A DNA stretch of 61,431 bases, filler included, from Squatina squatina (taxonomy: Eukaryota), in assembly GCA_031763465.1 (NCBI GenBank). It is 4 parts of 3 records of this genome, joined end to end, with 100 filler letters (N's around TTAATTAATTAA, not from the genome) between each part and the next. Parts side by side here need not be neighbours in the genome. Positions count along the whole stretch, not along the records: positions 1 to 15,810 come from JARFOE010000222.1; positions 15,911 to 29,467 come from JARFOE010000073.1; 2 more parts are not named here. One strand, written 5' to 3'. The position numbers were made by a program, and so were the translations under genes. The notes under the pieces were generated by a model. It worked only from the letters and a program-made list of their open reading frames with translations, did no database searches and was not told where the DNA came from. Every line of letters starts with the position of its first letter. The first letter of the stretch is position 1. Shown one piece after another: positions 11,822-25,487 of the stretch.

Positions 11822-13504
11822 GTAGTCTGGCTCGTTGCCAACAAAAGTAAATAATTTCAACTCCACCCAGCACACCTCGCCACACAAAATCAGAAGTGTT
11901 TAGTGCACAGCAGGATTTGGCACAGAAGAACATAAACAGAAAATATATTTTATTGACAGAATACTGCCTTCAAATTGCCAGAGATCATAGTGAAACAAGA
12001 ACTCTTTTGTAGAAAAAAAACTTTCATGAGCTAAGTTCTTCATCAGAACCTCATTGGGACTCAGCACATGTATGTTGGTTTGCATGTGTGAAACTGATAG
12101 AGCTAAGAAACACTAAGGGAGTAAATCAAGCATGCCTGCAAGTGATTTGTTGTTTCTCACCTCTGCATTTTTCACTCTCCGTGACTACTTCTGCAAATTT
12201 GCAGTATTTGGGCAGTAAATTGAACGCCTGGTAAGTGCAGACATTCATGGGATATCACAATGCTCCTGTGCACTTGTTCCAATAATCATGATGATTACTG
12301 CATAGCTACACCATTCACAATCTATTCTGCCTATAGATCTCTAAAGAGACGGGTTCGCAATCCCTTTTGTTCTGTGGGTTTTACAAATCATCAAGCAATA
12401 AATGAAATATACTTCCCTGACCATTTGCCTTATTTTCTATATTTCACTGCCAGAAAGAACATTCAGAAACATTACGCTAAATGAATTATTATAAAACAAA
12501 TCATTAGGAATTTATGAATGTTCTACAAGTCTTCTTTTTCATTAGAAATGTACTTTTGGAATTTCCATTGAATATTTTTTGCAAACCTCGTACTTTCCTT
12601 TTATTACATCACACAGTACTTGGCAACACCAATATATAATAGCTACACGTGAACTAATAATTACTTCATCTGGATCAATGTTTTGAATGCGACATGTGTA
12701 AATGTGGTGCATGATTTCTTAATGTTGATTTTTAAACCCAAACACTTATCAAACTATGCTGCAATCTGTGCAGAGATCAATCCGTGCATCTTTAGTTTTC
12801 TGTCATGTATTTTGCTGTGCCAGAAACTGTCATCATTTTTTTAAATCAATGTTTATTGAGAGATAGAGAGAACACAACCTTGAATAGCTTGATAAATGAC
12901 CATATATAAAATATTTTATATACTGCAATTGTATGTGGAAATCATCCCTCCGGTTCCAGTGATGAAGCTTTTTTTTACTGTACACTATTTATCAAGCATG
13001 TACATTTAGTCCTGAAATATACATCAAGTTTCAGTCCTGTAAGGATGCTCAATGCCACTTAGGATAAATTTTTAATGTAGTACAGATAGGAGTTTCCATA
13101 TTTTCCCTTCAGGGCTTTTACCTCCTTCAGTNNNNNNNNNNCTTAGACCACTTGCTTCAATGCAATATAGTATTTATGGTTTATAATAAAACTCATTTAA
13201 GCTATTTCGGAAGGCTGGCCGGAGTAGTTCAAGATGGCAGCTTAACTAAATTCACAATCTGAAATAGTTCAATTTTGATCAGTACGTCACTTATTTTTAA
13301 AACAAAAGCAATAATACAGACACACAGTGGGACAACACATCCTCCATACACATGGCCATTTCTCATGTTCCGTTATTTCTAGGCATGAATGGAATACAGA
13401 GAAGTATTTTATGGCCCTTTTTGAATTAATCTGGCATTCATTTCGGAGTGTCGAAATTGGTCTGCGCAATAGCATGAAACAGACTCAGTGAATTGGCAAC
13501 CTAA

Positions 13505-13566
13505 TTTACACCACGCCCAATTTTTTTTTTTTGTCCATTGGAAACTAAAATTGGTCGCAGTGTAAA
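13505..13566. repeat. Imperfect 20-bp inverted repeat (MITE-like core)
   Basis: TTTACACCACGCCCAATTTT ... AAAATTGGTCGCAGTGTAAA. Confidence 0.55.
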
Positions 13567-15810
13567 ACCGGCTGTCGATATGCTATGAGCGCACGACTGG
13601 TGAAGACCAATTTCACTCCCGGATTCTTTTCTTTTTAAACTCTTGGCAATATAGTGGGGGGGTCTTGACATGGGAATGGCTGCTGTTAAAGTACTGCTTG
13701 TGCCTATGTCCAAATGAATTGGCCTCATTTTAAGTTCTTTAAATATTTTAGTGGTCAGTGACAACCTCTTCTCATCCTATACAAGGCCGTTGATGCAGAG
13801 GGAGCTGGGCTGGAGTGGGACCAGAGGGGTGGAGACTCCTGAACCTCGGAGTTCCCACATTCCCGACATCAGAGACCCAGCAGATCCAGAGTGGAAGTTG
13901 ACCCAGTGAAAGGCGACACACTGGGCATCAGGAATGGAGGTTGTTGAGGTCCACCTTGGGGTCAAGGCTGTGATTACGGCTCTGAAAANNNNNNNNNNNN
14001 NNNNNNNNNNNNNNNNNNNNNNNNNNNNNNNNNNNNNNNNNNNNNNNNNNNNNNNNNNNNNNNNNNNNNNNNNNNNNNNNNNNNNNNNCGAGTGTGTCTT
14101 AACTGAATAGTGAAACCACATACACACAGGTTTGCTTTGTTCACTGGCGATTTGGGTGCATTTTAAATGTCAGATTAATGTTTGAGAAGCGCTACGCATT
14201 TTACCGTCCAGCTCCTATAGTGGGCAACCCTTGTTGACATGCATATGATCAGGGCTGTCTGGTTAAAATCTGAAGCCTTTTATATTCTAGTAGCGCTTCA
14301 CGTTTTCTTTAAAAAAAAATCTCAACCTAAATGACCATTTATAATCCCACTAAATAGCCAGATTGAACCTCAATTTCTTGCTCCTTTAAGTATCATTGTA
14401 AAACTAGGAATGTATAATTTTCCATTTGATATATGCCAGAATTACCAATTGACTCGATTNNNNNNNNNNATTTAAGGAGGATAAAAGGAGTTTTGAGAGG
14501 GCAAAGGTTAATGGCCAAATTGATCCAATGGAATTGGGGAGTAATTAAGCTGTATTTCCTACCTCCCTGTTTGTTTTTTACCCTATGGAAGGATGATAAG
14601 AATGCATAAGTAATTTCATAGGAGTGAAATGATGCAGTGGTGAATTTAAACTGCGATGATTAATCATTTTCCTTCATGTTAAATTTGAATTTGATGTAAA
14701 AATGAAACTGAAGGGTCAAAGAGGGGCAATAAGTCCAAAGTTACAATTGGAAGCTTTCCATCTTCCCCTCTGGCAATCTTTACATATGTGTGAACAGTCT
14801 GCTGAGTTATTTCTGACATCTTGCAGTGAGGTGCTGCATACAAATGCTTAGCCCTATATTTATCCTTTGCCCAGAAATGGCCTGACTGCTGGCTCTATCC
14901 ATACAGTTAGTACTCAGCTTAATCTTTTATTAACCAGGAGTGATTTCGTCACAGAAAAAAAAATGATTATAAAGATACTCACAAGGTCTGAAGCACTTTT
15001 TTTAGGTTAGAAATAAACAATGTAATTTTTTTTAAATCCCTGTTTTTTTTTGTTTTTACTTCCTCATACCGCACATGAAATCCCAGCTGATAGGGTGGCC
15101 TAGTAACTTGTTCCTAATCTTCTGCCAATANNNNNNNNNNNNNNNNNNNNNNNNNNNNNNNNNNNNNNNNNNNNNNNNNNNNNNNNNNNNNNNNNNNNNN
15201 NNNNNNNNNNNNNNNNNNNNNNNNNNNNNNTATATCAATGTTTACTTACTCCACACATTTAAAACTGAATACTAGTGATTTTATATATGCTTATTTTCTT
15301 TTTAATTTGCTCTCTTCTACGAGTCCATCATTAAAACTTAACTCTGCTTTATTGCTAAATAATAAATTATCTTTATTTCAAGACTAGAAAAACACAGCTT
15401 CGACAGAACATGAGTGACACAAATCTATTTATTGAAAGGATTAAGAGTCTAAATTTCAGCTCAAATTAGCAACTTAATTATCAGCTCTAATTTTATGTGC
15501 TTGTACACGCAGTCCAAGATAAAAAAAAACATTTGCCAGTTCTGTTTAGTTTAGAAAGCAGTATATCTTCCAATATACCCTAGTTTCTGCAATTATATTT
15601 AAGAATCTGGAACTAATATTCCAGTCGCTATGACTCTAAAGCTATCACTCAATGCAAGAATGAATCAAGTGCATTAAATAGTACACATTGTCTGGATGGC
15701 TTCAGTAAGCCAACAGCTGGGTGCTCTTGTACAGAGTCAATAGACGTCCAAACTAATCTATTTCTGGCTGCTCTCTTGACCTGAATAGGCTATAAATGTT
15801 GTGGTCTATT

Positions 15811-15910
15811 NNNNNNNNNNNNNNNNNNNNNNNNNNNNNNNNNNNNNNNNNNNNTTAATTAATTAANNNNNNNNNNNNNNNNNNNNNNNNNNNNNNNNNN
15901 NNNNNNNNNN
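15811..15910. other. Artificial concatenation spacer N44-TTAATTAATTAA-N44
   Basis: Palindromic 12-mer giving stops in all six frames, centred in exactly 100 positions; identical construct occurs three times. Confidence 0.97.
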
Positions 15911-16116
15911 ATGCGCTGCCTGAATGGGTGGTGGAGGCAGACCCAATCATGGCTTTCAAAGGGGAATTGGATAAGCACCTGAAAAAAATAATTCACAGGG
16001 CTACTGGGAAAGGGCGGGGGAGTTGGACTCGCTGAAGTGCTCTTGCAGAGAGCTGGCATGGGCTCGATGGGCCGAATGGCCTTCTTCCATGCTGTAACCA
16101 TTCTTCCATTCTATGA
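15911..16116 (+). mobile_element. CR1 LINE 3' end
   Basis: ALPE.VVEAD.I.AFK.ELDK.L motif and GGGCCGAATGGCCT...CTATGA tail. Confidence 0.8.
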
Positions 16117-17778
16117 CTATCTGGAAGCGTGTTATTCCATTAAGTACTCACTCATGGGGGAGGGGAAGAAAGAAAGAAGGGACAGTGAGCAGGACCACGA
16201 GACCTTTTCCGCACAACGCACCTCCTGCCAGACAGTGGTATAACAGCACTTCTGACGGTCCCAATAGTACGTGAGACACTGACCTCTTCCTCCCAGCTGA
16301 CAGTAGCTCAAGAGGAAAGGGAAGGACAGATTAACTAACAGGAGATAACCAAGTACATAAGTGGTAGAAATAAGACATTTGCATGAAACTCAACACATCA
16401 AGACTACCTTGATCTTATCGTGCTACTTAATTCCTTTTAAAGCTCAGACTTGTGTGACTTGAGCTATTCATTCTTCAAAAATACTTGAAGGCCAACCTGG
16501 CAGCTTAATATCTCCAGCAGCTTCTATTCCTGAGGTTCTTGTCTCTGCCAGCGTCTTCATAAATAAAACATAGTGGCTGCCACACATGGACAGTCGTACT
16601 TGTATAAATCATGCAAATGGGTTTGAAATGCAATTCTGTCCATTCNNNNNNNNNNNNNNNNNNNNNNNNNNNNNNNNNNNNNNNNNNNNNNNNNNNNNNN
16701 NNNNNNNNNNNNNNNNNNNNNNNNNNNNNNNNNNNNNNNNNNNNNGGTGGGGATGGGGTGCTCTTGCAATGTTAATGCTGAGGTGTATTGGTGGAGCACA
16801 GTGTGGGGAACTTCATCCAGCCACTAACCATGCTGTAACTAACCCAGAAAGGCTTGGAGCTGGGTGCCTGAAATAAGATAATGTTCAACTTCCCAACGCA
16901 AACATCTCGCTCACCTTTTTAATATGCACAAATTTCCTGATGGGGGAGGGTAAGGAAAAAAAAAAGAGACAAAATAATCTTTGAATTGAGGACAGAGGCA
17001 AAAGATAATCCGAATAGTTGCCAGAGAATAAATAAACATACCAGTTGACATCTCAAGTGAGAAAAACTCATGAAAAAACTAGTGGTAACAGAGGTGGTCA
17101 CTGCCACAGCAGCATTCAAGTATTCATGGATTAAATGTGACTGTCCATTTAATCTCAGTCTGCGAACATTATGCAGAAGTGTGGGTCTCTTTTCCTTAAG
17201 GCTAATTGAGTAACTTATATTTGTGTTCCTCATAAACTATTGATCAATTGAACTCCCCAAATGGAAATGGAACTCAGCAACCTTGGTGAACCCAACAAGA
17301 TTGAAAGGACAGTGTACTCAGTCTCTGGAGACTGGTCGGATGAATGAATAATTTGTCAATGACATCGTCTTGGCGGGGGGGCGGGGGGGTTGTTAATGGG
17401 TGAGACCAGAGATCAGTGTGATCTAACTGCAATGAGTGCATTGTGGGTTGGGGTCACCGTGGCTAAGGCCAGGGATTAATGGGTATAATGCAGTCTCGGC
17501 CAGGTAATCACTGCAGTCAAAGCCAGAGATCAGCAACTGGAACAAGCTGTTAGTCATCGGATGGCTAAGGCAGTCACCTCAGGAACTCTGAAGGCATATT
17601 TTTCTTCTGCGAGAAGTATAGATGTATTCCAACACTATAATATTGCATTTGAAATAAGTGAATATTATTTCACTTACTTAAGGGAGCAGGGTTTAGGATC
17701 CCTGTTAAGAATTCTGACTGTACTTCTCTTGTTTGAATCTTTTCAGTCAATTTCTTTTTTAAATGACTGATGTTGATT

Positions 17779-17885
17779 AAAGAAAGAAAGACTTGCATTT
17801 CTAGAGCGCCTTTCACAAACACCGGATCTCTCAAAGCGCTTTACAGCCAATGAAGTACTTTTGGAGTGTAGTCACTGTTGTGATG
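17779..17885 (-). mobile_element. SacSINE1/DeuSINE 3' fragment
   Basis: Matches the 3' end of the full-length copy at 26513-26958. Confidence 0.75.
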
Positions 17886-18286
17886 TTTGAACCCAAAATG
17901 ATCCTAATTCTCCTCTAATTACAAGTGACTTCCAGATTACGAACATAATTAGAATTTTTTTTATAATGGAGCATTTTTTTTTAAACTGTTTTACAATTAT
18001 AATCCATTGCATTTATCACCCAGCTGGTCCTCAACTCTCTGCAGACCAGCAGGAGTGAGCTGGCTGGAAGCGTGCAGCTAGTCTGCTCCCCTTGCTCAGA
18101 TTGAAGGCAGACAATAGCAAGCAATACAGGCCACTCCTCTACATCTACCAAACAAGCATATAGTAAGAGAACAAGCTGTCAGATTCCTTGTATAACAATT
18201 AACAATGTGAATAAATTAGTATTTACCACAAACACATGAACAGTAATAAATAATAAAGGCTTTATCAGGGTTTGGTTAAACAGAGC

Positions 18287-18427
18287 GGCCCTGAATTTCC
18301 ATGACAGTTGTCCCGATCTTCTGAAAAACTTTGGCGGAAACCCAAACAGCCATTTATATTGTTTCTCTCGAATTTCCGCCAACGTGATGGTAGCAGGTCA
18401 ACAGAAGGCCTGCGGAAATTCTACCCC
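18287..18427. mobile_element. Short MITE-like palindromic element
   Basis: Terminal GAATTTCC / GGAAATTC and internal TTGGCGGAAA / TTTCCGCCAA inverted pairs. Confidence 0.55.
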
Positions 18428-18589
18428 GGCTCATCAAAAAATAAAAGAGATTTCTCTGAATATGTTAGACTAAGACATTGCCTTTCATCACAACAAAAAT
18501 AACCAGGGTCTTTATGGCTTTTTTAATTTAAACACAAACACTGAATGCTAATAAAATTCATCCAATAACCCACAGAAGGCCCAGTTTTA

Positions 18590-18880
18590 AAGCCAACAAA
18601 TCACTGCACATTGGAACCAAGAGGTTCCAGCCTTGATTCCCATGACAGTAGCCAGATGGTACTTTAGATGCTACAGTTGGCTGCAGGAGGACCGCACAGG
18701 AGAAAATCAGCCAGGACTTCTACTCCAGATCACCAGTAAGTGACCTCTCTGTAAAGTAGGCAAGTACGAGTGTCAGGTTACAACACTCGCTGTGTAGGCT
18801 CAAGCATGAATAACAGCCTCTTGGCCAAGTTACCAGAGTGTCTAGCCCCTGTGGAACTGCATCCTAGCAGGAGAGGTGGC
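18590..18880 (+). mobile_element. Ancient tRNA-derived SINE (LmeSINE1c/UCON3-like), diverged
   Basis: Shares GCTACA(A/G)TTGGC...AAAATCAGCCAGG core with copies at ~21950-22210, ~28200-28410 and ~59700-59880 (minus); family name from recall. Confidence 0.5.
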
Positions 18881-18987
18881 AGAGAGGAAAAGAAATCTAT
18901 CTAATATTGAGAACGTCAGTTCAATTCCTTCCAACTGAAAACGAAGATGGAGTACTTTTTGTTCTTTTTCAATCCTTAATGTCTTAC

Positions 18988-19065
18988 CTGTTTCGAGAGC
19001 TTCCTTGACCTCCATGCCATTGAATGAGCCAGGGGGAGGCCTGTAGAGGGTTTCGCTTTCTGCAC
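18988..19065 (-). CDS. Putative 78-nt symmetric exon, unknown gene
   Basis: ctctgaaag| acceptor and CAG|gtaaga donor; open as (G)AESETLYRPPPGSFNGMEVKEALET or VQKAKPSTGLPLAHSMAWRSRKLSKQ. Confidence 0.35.
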
Positions 19066-19313
19066 CTTTCAGAGAAAGTGAAGATAGTTCAAATCAGATG
19101 GGAATAAGATCACTGCATCGTACTAATTTACTATGTAACAATAGAAATAATGGCTCCCAAAATCNNNNNNNNNNNNNNNNNNNNNNNNNNNNNNNNNNNN
19201 NNNNNNNNNNNNNNNNNNNNNNNNNNNNNNNNNNNNNNNNNNNNNNNNNNNNNNNNNNNNNNNNGATGAATGCACCAAGATGTAACCAAAATCATTGCGA
19301 GATGTCAAGCATG

Positions 19314-19492
19314 AGGATTCAATACGAGTGGTTTAGCATTAGGATTCAGTACGAGAGTTTGATGTTAGGATTCAATACGAGAATTTCATTTTAGGATTCA
19401 GTACGAGAGGCTCAGTGTTAGGATTCAGTATGAGAGGCTCAGTGTTTGGATTCAGTACGAGAGGCTCAGTGTTTGGATTCAGTATGAGTGGC
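19314..19492. repeat. Minisatellite, 26-27-bp unit (AGGATTCAGTACGAGAGGCTCAGTGTT), about 7 copies
   Basis: Directly visible tandem units. Confidence 0.9.
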
Positions 19493-22400
19493 AGCATGTC
19501 ATTAGGTAATCACAAACTGTCCTGACTTGGAATGGCTTTTATTCTAATTATGGTAAAACCTGTGGAAATGTGCTGATATGAAAAACTGTTTGCTATCCAC
19601 TTTCCTCTGCTGAACAAGGAGTTATCTTATGAAAGCACCACCTTTAGGATTTGGATTACTGCTTTTGTTTTCTCTAACAAAGTGGGGGGAAAAATACAGT
19701 GGAACCATTCTTTACTACACTGGCACCTGGCCAAGGTCAGGGACATAGTGTGTGGGGAAGTATGGTAAGTGAGCCATGTACTGCCACTCCCAGGAATCTG
19801 TTCTGTATTCTCCCCAAGTGTCCCCACAGGATTTCTAGGTCTGTTCATATAAATTAGATCCTCATCTCGCAAAAAATGAACTGAAGCCTGGGTGGATTAT
19901 TCTGATTATTACAAGAGCAGACAAAACAGAAACTAGGTGGGTATTAACATGATTTTATTGAAGAAATGTTATTGTCTATGTGAAGTTACTTTAATTAGGT
20001 CTGACTAACAGTTCCCCGCAACGAAATTCCATAAACATAAAATATTTGACCCCTTAAATATTGATCTAAAAATAGATTCATCATTCCTGCCTTTAAAAAA
20101 TGATCCCTATTCCCATTTGTTCTTTTCAATTAGGTCTTTGCTATTTACACACACACATATTTCCTTTCGATTTACAGTACACCGTGTTTTCTTTAAGATG
20201 CATTCGGATGTTAAGTGGTTCACTGAACAATGTCATGCAAAATCTTATGGGAGTACTGAAACTAATAGGATTCTATGGAATGTATTGGGCATCAAAGTGT
20301 TTGTGTGATTTGCAATAGTTCAGTGACTGCGACAGACCCGGATTCCTTGGTGCTGAATCCTTCTTCATGCTGCATTTGGATCTTTTCCATCAGGGCTGTA
20401 ATGGTCAACTACTGACACAGGAAATGAGATTTAAAAAAATTAAAATACAGATCCACAGCGTATGTGTAACCATGTCAATCATCCCAATGTACCCTTCCAC
20501 TAGTACTGTGCAATAAGACTGTACAGCAACTTAAATCTATATATTATTGAAAGACTTGCAAATGCACAGATTTCCATTGTTTGTGACACTTTTATGTCAA
20601 CATTTGCAATTGTAACTGCCTATATAAAGATTTACACTGCCAAATTCCCATGTAAACATTTACCCGTCACACTCTAGTTGCAGGCCTCCAAACAGGTATG
20701 GCACTGTGGTAATGCCCCATTTCTGCCACCATGCTCTTTGTCCTCCTCAGCCGATGTTCCCATTTCTTCAACCACTCCCAAGGTTTTGACCTGAGATAGC
20801 TGTATATCTCTCTCATAGAAACATAGAAAGTAGGAGCAGGAGTAGGCCATTCGGCCCTTCAAGCCTGCTCCGCCATTCAATATGATCATGGCTGATCATC
20901 CAAATTCNNNNNNNNNNNNNNNNNNNNNNNNNNNNNNNNNNNNNNNNNNNNNNNNNNNNNNNNNNNNNNNNNNNNNNNNNNNNNNNNNNNNNNNNNNNNN
21001 NNNNNNNTACAATGTGGGAGAGACAGAGGGACTGAGAGAGTAATTAAAACGTTTGTGTGACCCGTTGACTACTAGAATGCATTTGATCAGGTGAATGAGT
21101 TAGTGATATCATTAAGAAGGAATCATTAATCATGAAATATTCAGAGAGTGAAAAAGGGAACTAAGCAAACCAAGACTATTTGCCCTCCATGTAATAAGGT
21201 GTGTCAATTGATGCCAAGAAATAGACAAATGCATTTATTTCTGTTTCTGTGTCCAGTGGTGCTGCCTGACCCGCTGAGTGTTTTCCAGCAGTTTTTGTTT
21301 CTATTACAGTATAAATGTGAACCATTGGTAGTACACCACATGAACTACAAATTCTGACAGCTTTTTCAGTACCAGAGCTGGTCCTTAACTCCCAAGCATT
21401 GTGGGTGCTGGGAGTTGTGGTTTTTGAGCTGTCCTGCGCTTTCAAAGGGCATTGGTTCTTGGTAGAACCTTAAATAGCTCTTTATTAGATCCTTGGCAGA
21501 ATGCCTGCTGCTGTCAGTCCCGCAGGGTCATTATATACGTGTTACTTATCATCATTGACTTTCAACCAAGTGACATATGGCAGGAAAATTGCTGGTCACA
21601 CCCGATGCATTCTTACTAAACTGAAGAAATGCACATCAAAGTGCTTAAAGAAAACAGATTTAGCACAGGGCAGACTAATTCAGCCTGCCTGGCATAAATC
21701 AGGATTGTTTTTATGACTGTGTGAGTGATAAATCTCATTCTACTTGTAGTCTTAATGTCTGACATAAAATCTATGAGGCAAAGAAGCCTTGCTGTATGTT
21801 TGGGGAGTGGTCTTTGTCAGACTCGCACACTGCACAAAATATCAATGTGCAGTTAAGATTTTGAAGGCAATACATTTACAATTGGATAAAAAAAAATGTT
21901 TTGGCTGCCTCTAGGGCTCAGCAAGTTTAGCCATTGAGGAGAGGAACCTTACAGATCAGGAAGGTCCCAGGATTGATCCCTGGTATGGAGGTGAATTCAG
22001 CCAACCAGCAGTAGAAGTGATACAATTGGCCTTTGTGTTGGAGTGGAAAATTGACCGAGGTTTCCCTATTGCTGTCCAGTGTCCCAAAAACAATAACAGC
22101 TTTGTCCCTGCTCCCAAAATGCTCAAACAGCTTCTCAACACTCACTATTGAGACATGGGTATGATCAACCACCATTTAGATGAGCTCCAGCAGAACTGTA
22201 CTTCAGCAGAGAATCAATGCTCTCGGGCGTTTGGGGGAGGGAGATAATTGGTGAGAAACAAATATACTAACATAGAGCAATACTGGGCCAATTTTGTGTG
22301 CATTTGTCAGTGAGGATACTTGCCCGTTTGGTGAACCTATTGGGAAATTGTGGGCGCGCTGCCTGTGAACTTTTATCCATTGTACTTACAATCTATTTTC

Positions 22401-22665
22401 ATTACAAACCTACACAGGACTTCAATTAATATCACATGGACTGGCTTACTTAGCCTGAAGTCTTGATGCTAACTGCTGGTGGGATATCACACATGCTACA
22501 ATTAACATCCAACCTTATAGGCATCATAAATCCTATTCCGTTCCCCTGTGTGTTCAATTACCGATTTGTAAATCCCACGCAGTGTTTCCATGGTAATGAC
22601 ACCACTGTGACAGGCTGCTGGACAACATAAGACAGAGGGAGAAGTACAGCAGTCAGTTCACTCAC

Positions 22666-22804
22666 CTGCCGTTGTCTGCATGTAGCCAGCCAGCGTGCAG
22701 ACTCTCTTCTCACACAGCCCACTTGGCAGGAAGACAGTAACAATAGCCAGCAGAGCGCTGGTAGCCAACAGAACGCAGCCTCCGGAGCACAGGACAGCAC
22801 TCGT
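22666..22804 (-). CDS. LHFPL-family tetraspan exon (LHFPL7/TMEM211-like)
   Basis: tttcag| ... CAG|gtgagt, 139 nt, TSAVLCSGGCVLLATSALLAIVTVFLPSGLCEKRVCTLAGYMQTTA. Resembles the TM2-loop-TM3 region of TMEM211-like proteins; this frame is not in the ORF track. Confidence 0.68.
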
Positions 22805-23233
22805 CTGAAACATCAACAGATGGGCAAAGGTTTCAGTCCCGCTTCTCAGTTCAAACTTTCAATTAGTCTGGAGTCGCAACTCTTTCAGCGGGAGTGATAC
22901 ATGAGCTTAAACGTCTCTAACCTCAGTATTTCTCTGATATTCTTATACAGATGATATACGTTTATTCCACTTGTGAAGGAGAGTGTGGAACTCACAATTG
23001 CTGAGGTGGTCATTGAGTTGCAGCAGTCTCCTTCATGATTGGAATAATTAAGAGATGAAGCAAATTTAGACGCTGTATTTTATTAAACAGTGTGTGCATA
23101 ATATGGCTAGACAATAGGGCAGCTTCACTGTGGNNNNNNNNNNNNNNNNNNNNNNNNNNNNNNNNNNNNNNNNNNNNNNNNNNNNNNNNNNNNNNNNNNN
23201 NNNNNNNNNNNNNNNNNNNNNNNNNNNNNNNNN

Positions 23234-23386
23234 GTGTTGGGGGTGGGGGAGGGTGTGGGCTTGGGGAATAGGGGAAGGGTGGTGGGAGTGGTGGGCTTGG
23301 GAAATAGTGGGAGGGTATGGGCTTGGGGATAGGGGGAAGGTGTGGGCTTGGGGTATAGGGGGAGGGTGGTGGGAGTGGGTGGGCTT
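23234..23386 (+). repeat. G-rich imperfect tandem repeat with G-quadruplex potential
   Basis: Repeated GGGTGTGGGCTTGGGGATAGGGG-like units. Confidence 0.8.
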
Positions 23387-24454
23387 CTTTGACCTAATTG
23401 CTTTTTCCTATTCCCATAATTTCTTTGGTACAATTCCGTCAGTGTTCAACTTTTACTTCCGAAACCTTTAGTCTGTGCTTACCCAGTGAGTGCTTCACCT
23501 GCTTAGTATCTAAATCTGTCCACTTTGTTCTTATTCCATTAATTGAATGAATTAAAATGTCAAAATACGGTGCACTAAATTGGTGACTGATACGTTAGCG
23601 TGCCGCTGCACTCTGCGGTATAGGGTAATAAGCAGGGAACAAAACAGATGCAGACAGTAAACATTCCGTAATGAATCTTGTCAATCCATAACCTATTATG
23701 GCTCATCCCTGCATGAAGGGTGGCACTATTTATCGGCTATATTGGTGCAAAGTGTCCCAGTTAAACTTGTAATTGTTTACAATGGGATTCCGCCTGAGGG
23801 CAGATTACAGACCTGACATAATGTAAGAGAAAGAAATGGATGCGGTGTAAATCAAAGTCAAAAGGCACCCACTGACATTTCTAATTGCTTAGCTCACTGC
23901 AGCTGTCACCTGGTAATAAAGCCCAATGTTCTGTTTTAAAAGATTATTATGAAGCTCGACACCGGGCCCCTGCTGACAGGGGACCAAACTGCACGAGAGT
24001 GCCAGTTCCAGGTGACCGAAGCCTGTCAACCATGCATTCTGGCTTTGGGTACATCCAGATGGCATAAGAACACAAGAAATAGGAGCAGGAGTAGGCCATT
24101 CGGCCCCTCGAGCCTGCTCCACCATTCAACAAGATCACGGTTGATATTCTACCTCAACGCCATTTTCCTGCACTGTCCCCANNNNNNNNNNNNNNNNNNN
24201 NNNNNNNNNNNNNNNNNNNNNNNNNNNNNNNNNNNNNNNNNNNNNNNNNNNNNNNNNNNNNNNNNNNNNNNNNNNNNNNNNTGTTTATTCTTAAGAGCGT
24301 TTAATGTTAAGGATATTCGTCATTGTGATTACTTTTATATTGGCAGAGATTTGGCTTAGCTTTCAAGATTCGTGTGTGCATTTGTACAATGTGTTTGTGC
24401 TAGTACAAAGTATGTGCATTTGAGCTTCTGAGCACATATCCATGGCATAATTAA

Positions 24455-24900
24455 GACCGCCTATTTCCACCTCTGTAATATCGCCCGTCTCCACACCTGC
24501 CTCAGCTCCTCCACTGCTGAAACCCTCATCCGTGCCTTTGTTACCTCTAGACTTGACTATTCCAATGCTCTCCTGGCTGGCCTCCCATGTTCTACCCTAC
24601 GTAAACTTGAGGTCATCCGAAACTCGGTTACCCACGTCCTAACTCGCATCAAGTCCCGCTCACCCATCGCCCCTGTGCTCGCTGATCTATATTGGCTCCC
24701 GGTTAAGCAACGCCTTAATTAACTCATCCATGTTTTCAAATCCATCCATGGCCTTGCCCCTACCTATCTCTGTAATCTCCTCCAGCCACACAATCTCCTT
24801 ATGTGGCTCAGTGTCAAATTTTGTTGCCCCATAATACTCCTGTGAAGCACCTTGGGATGTTTCACGACATTAAAGGCGCTATATAAATACAAGTTGTTGA
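24455..24900 (+). mobile_element. L2-clade LINE 3' portion
   Basis: Encodes AYFHLCNIARL...AETLIRAFVTSRLDYSNALLAGLP; ends GCGCTATATAAATACAAGTTGTTG. Confidence 0.85.
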
Positions 24901-25487
24901 TGTTGTACAATGCGCTGGTACATTCTGTGTGTGCAAGTACGTGTGCGTGTGAGAGAGAGTGTGACAGTCATACTGCATTTATGGGCTTTTCTTCTGCCAT
25001 CAGTGAACAGCCCCAGCAGGCGCACTGTACAAATACTGCCTCCGTAATTCTACACTCAGTATCTTTTCATGTCACAAAAGCAATAGCTCGGAAAGGTAAT
25101 GAGGGGAAATTGCTGGCATCGTGGAAGTACGATAGAGAAGAGCACTTTGAATGCTGCATTATTCATCATGCACTCAACAACAGCTAAATTGAACCGAGTT
25201 TGCAGCAATCATGCAACCTCAAACCACACAGCAGTGCCGAGCAGATGCCTGTGACCTCGCTTCAGCAACAAGAAGGCAGAATTCCTCCCAGGGTAGAACA
25301 GGATTCTGTGCCAAAATAGAAGCATAATCACATTGACCAAAAGTAGTAAAAGTGCCTTTGGTGCTGTCAGCCATCAACAACTACAACTTGTATATTATTC
25401 GGGCCTTTAGCGTAGTAAAACCTCCCAAGGCGCTTCACAGGAACGTTATCAAACAAAGTTTGACACCGAGCCACATAAGGAGATATT

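Noticed and set aside
15855-15866. TTAATTAATTAA as a biological site (PacI, piggyBac TTAA, homeodomain)
   Set aside because: Always centred in exactly 44+44 N, so it is an assembly linker.
19314-19492. Mini-CRISPR with GGATTCAGTACGAG repeats
   Set aside because: The intervening segments are 12-13 nt and related to each other; it is an ordinary minisatellite.
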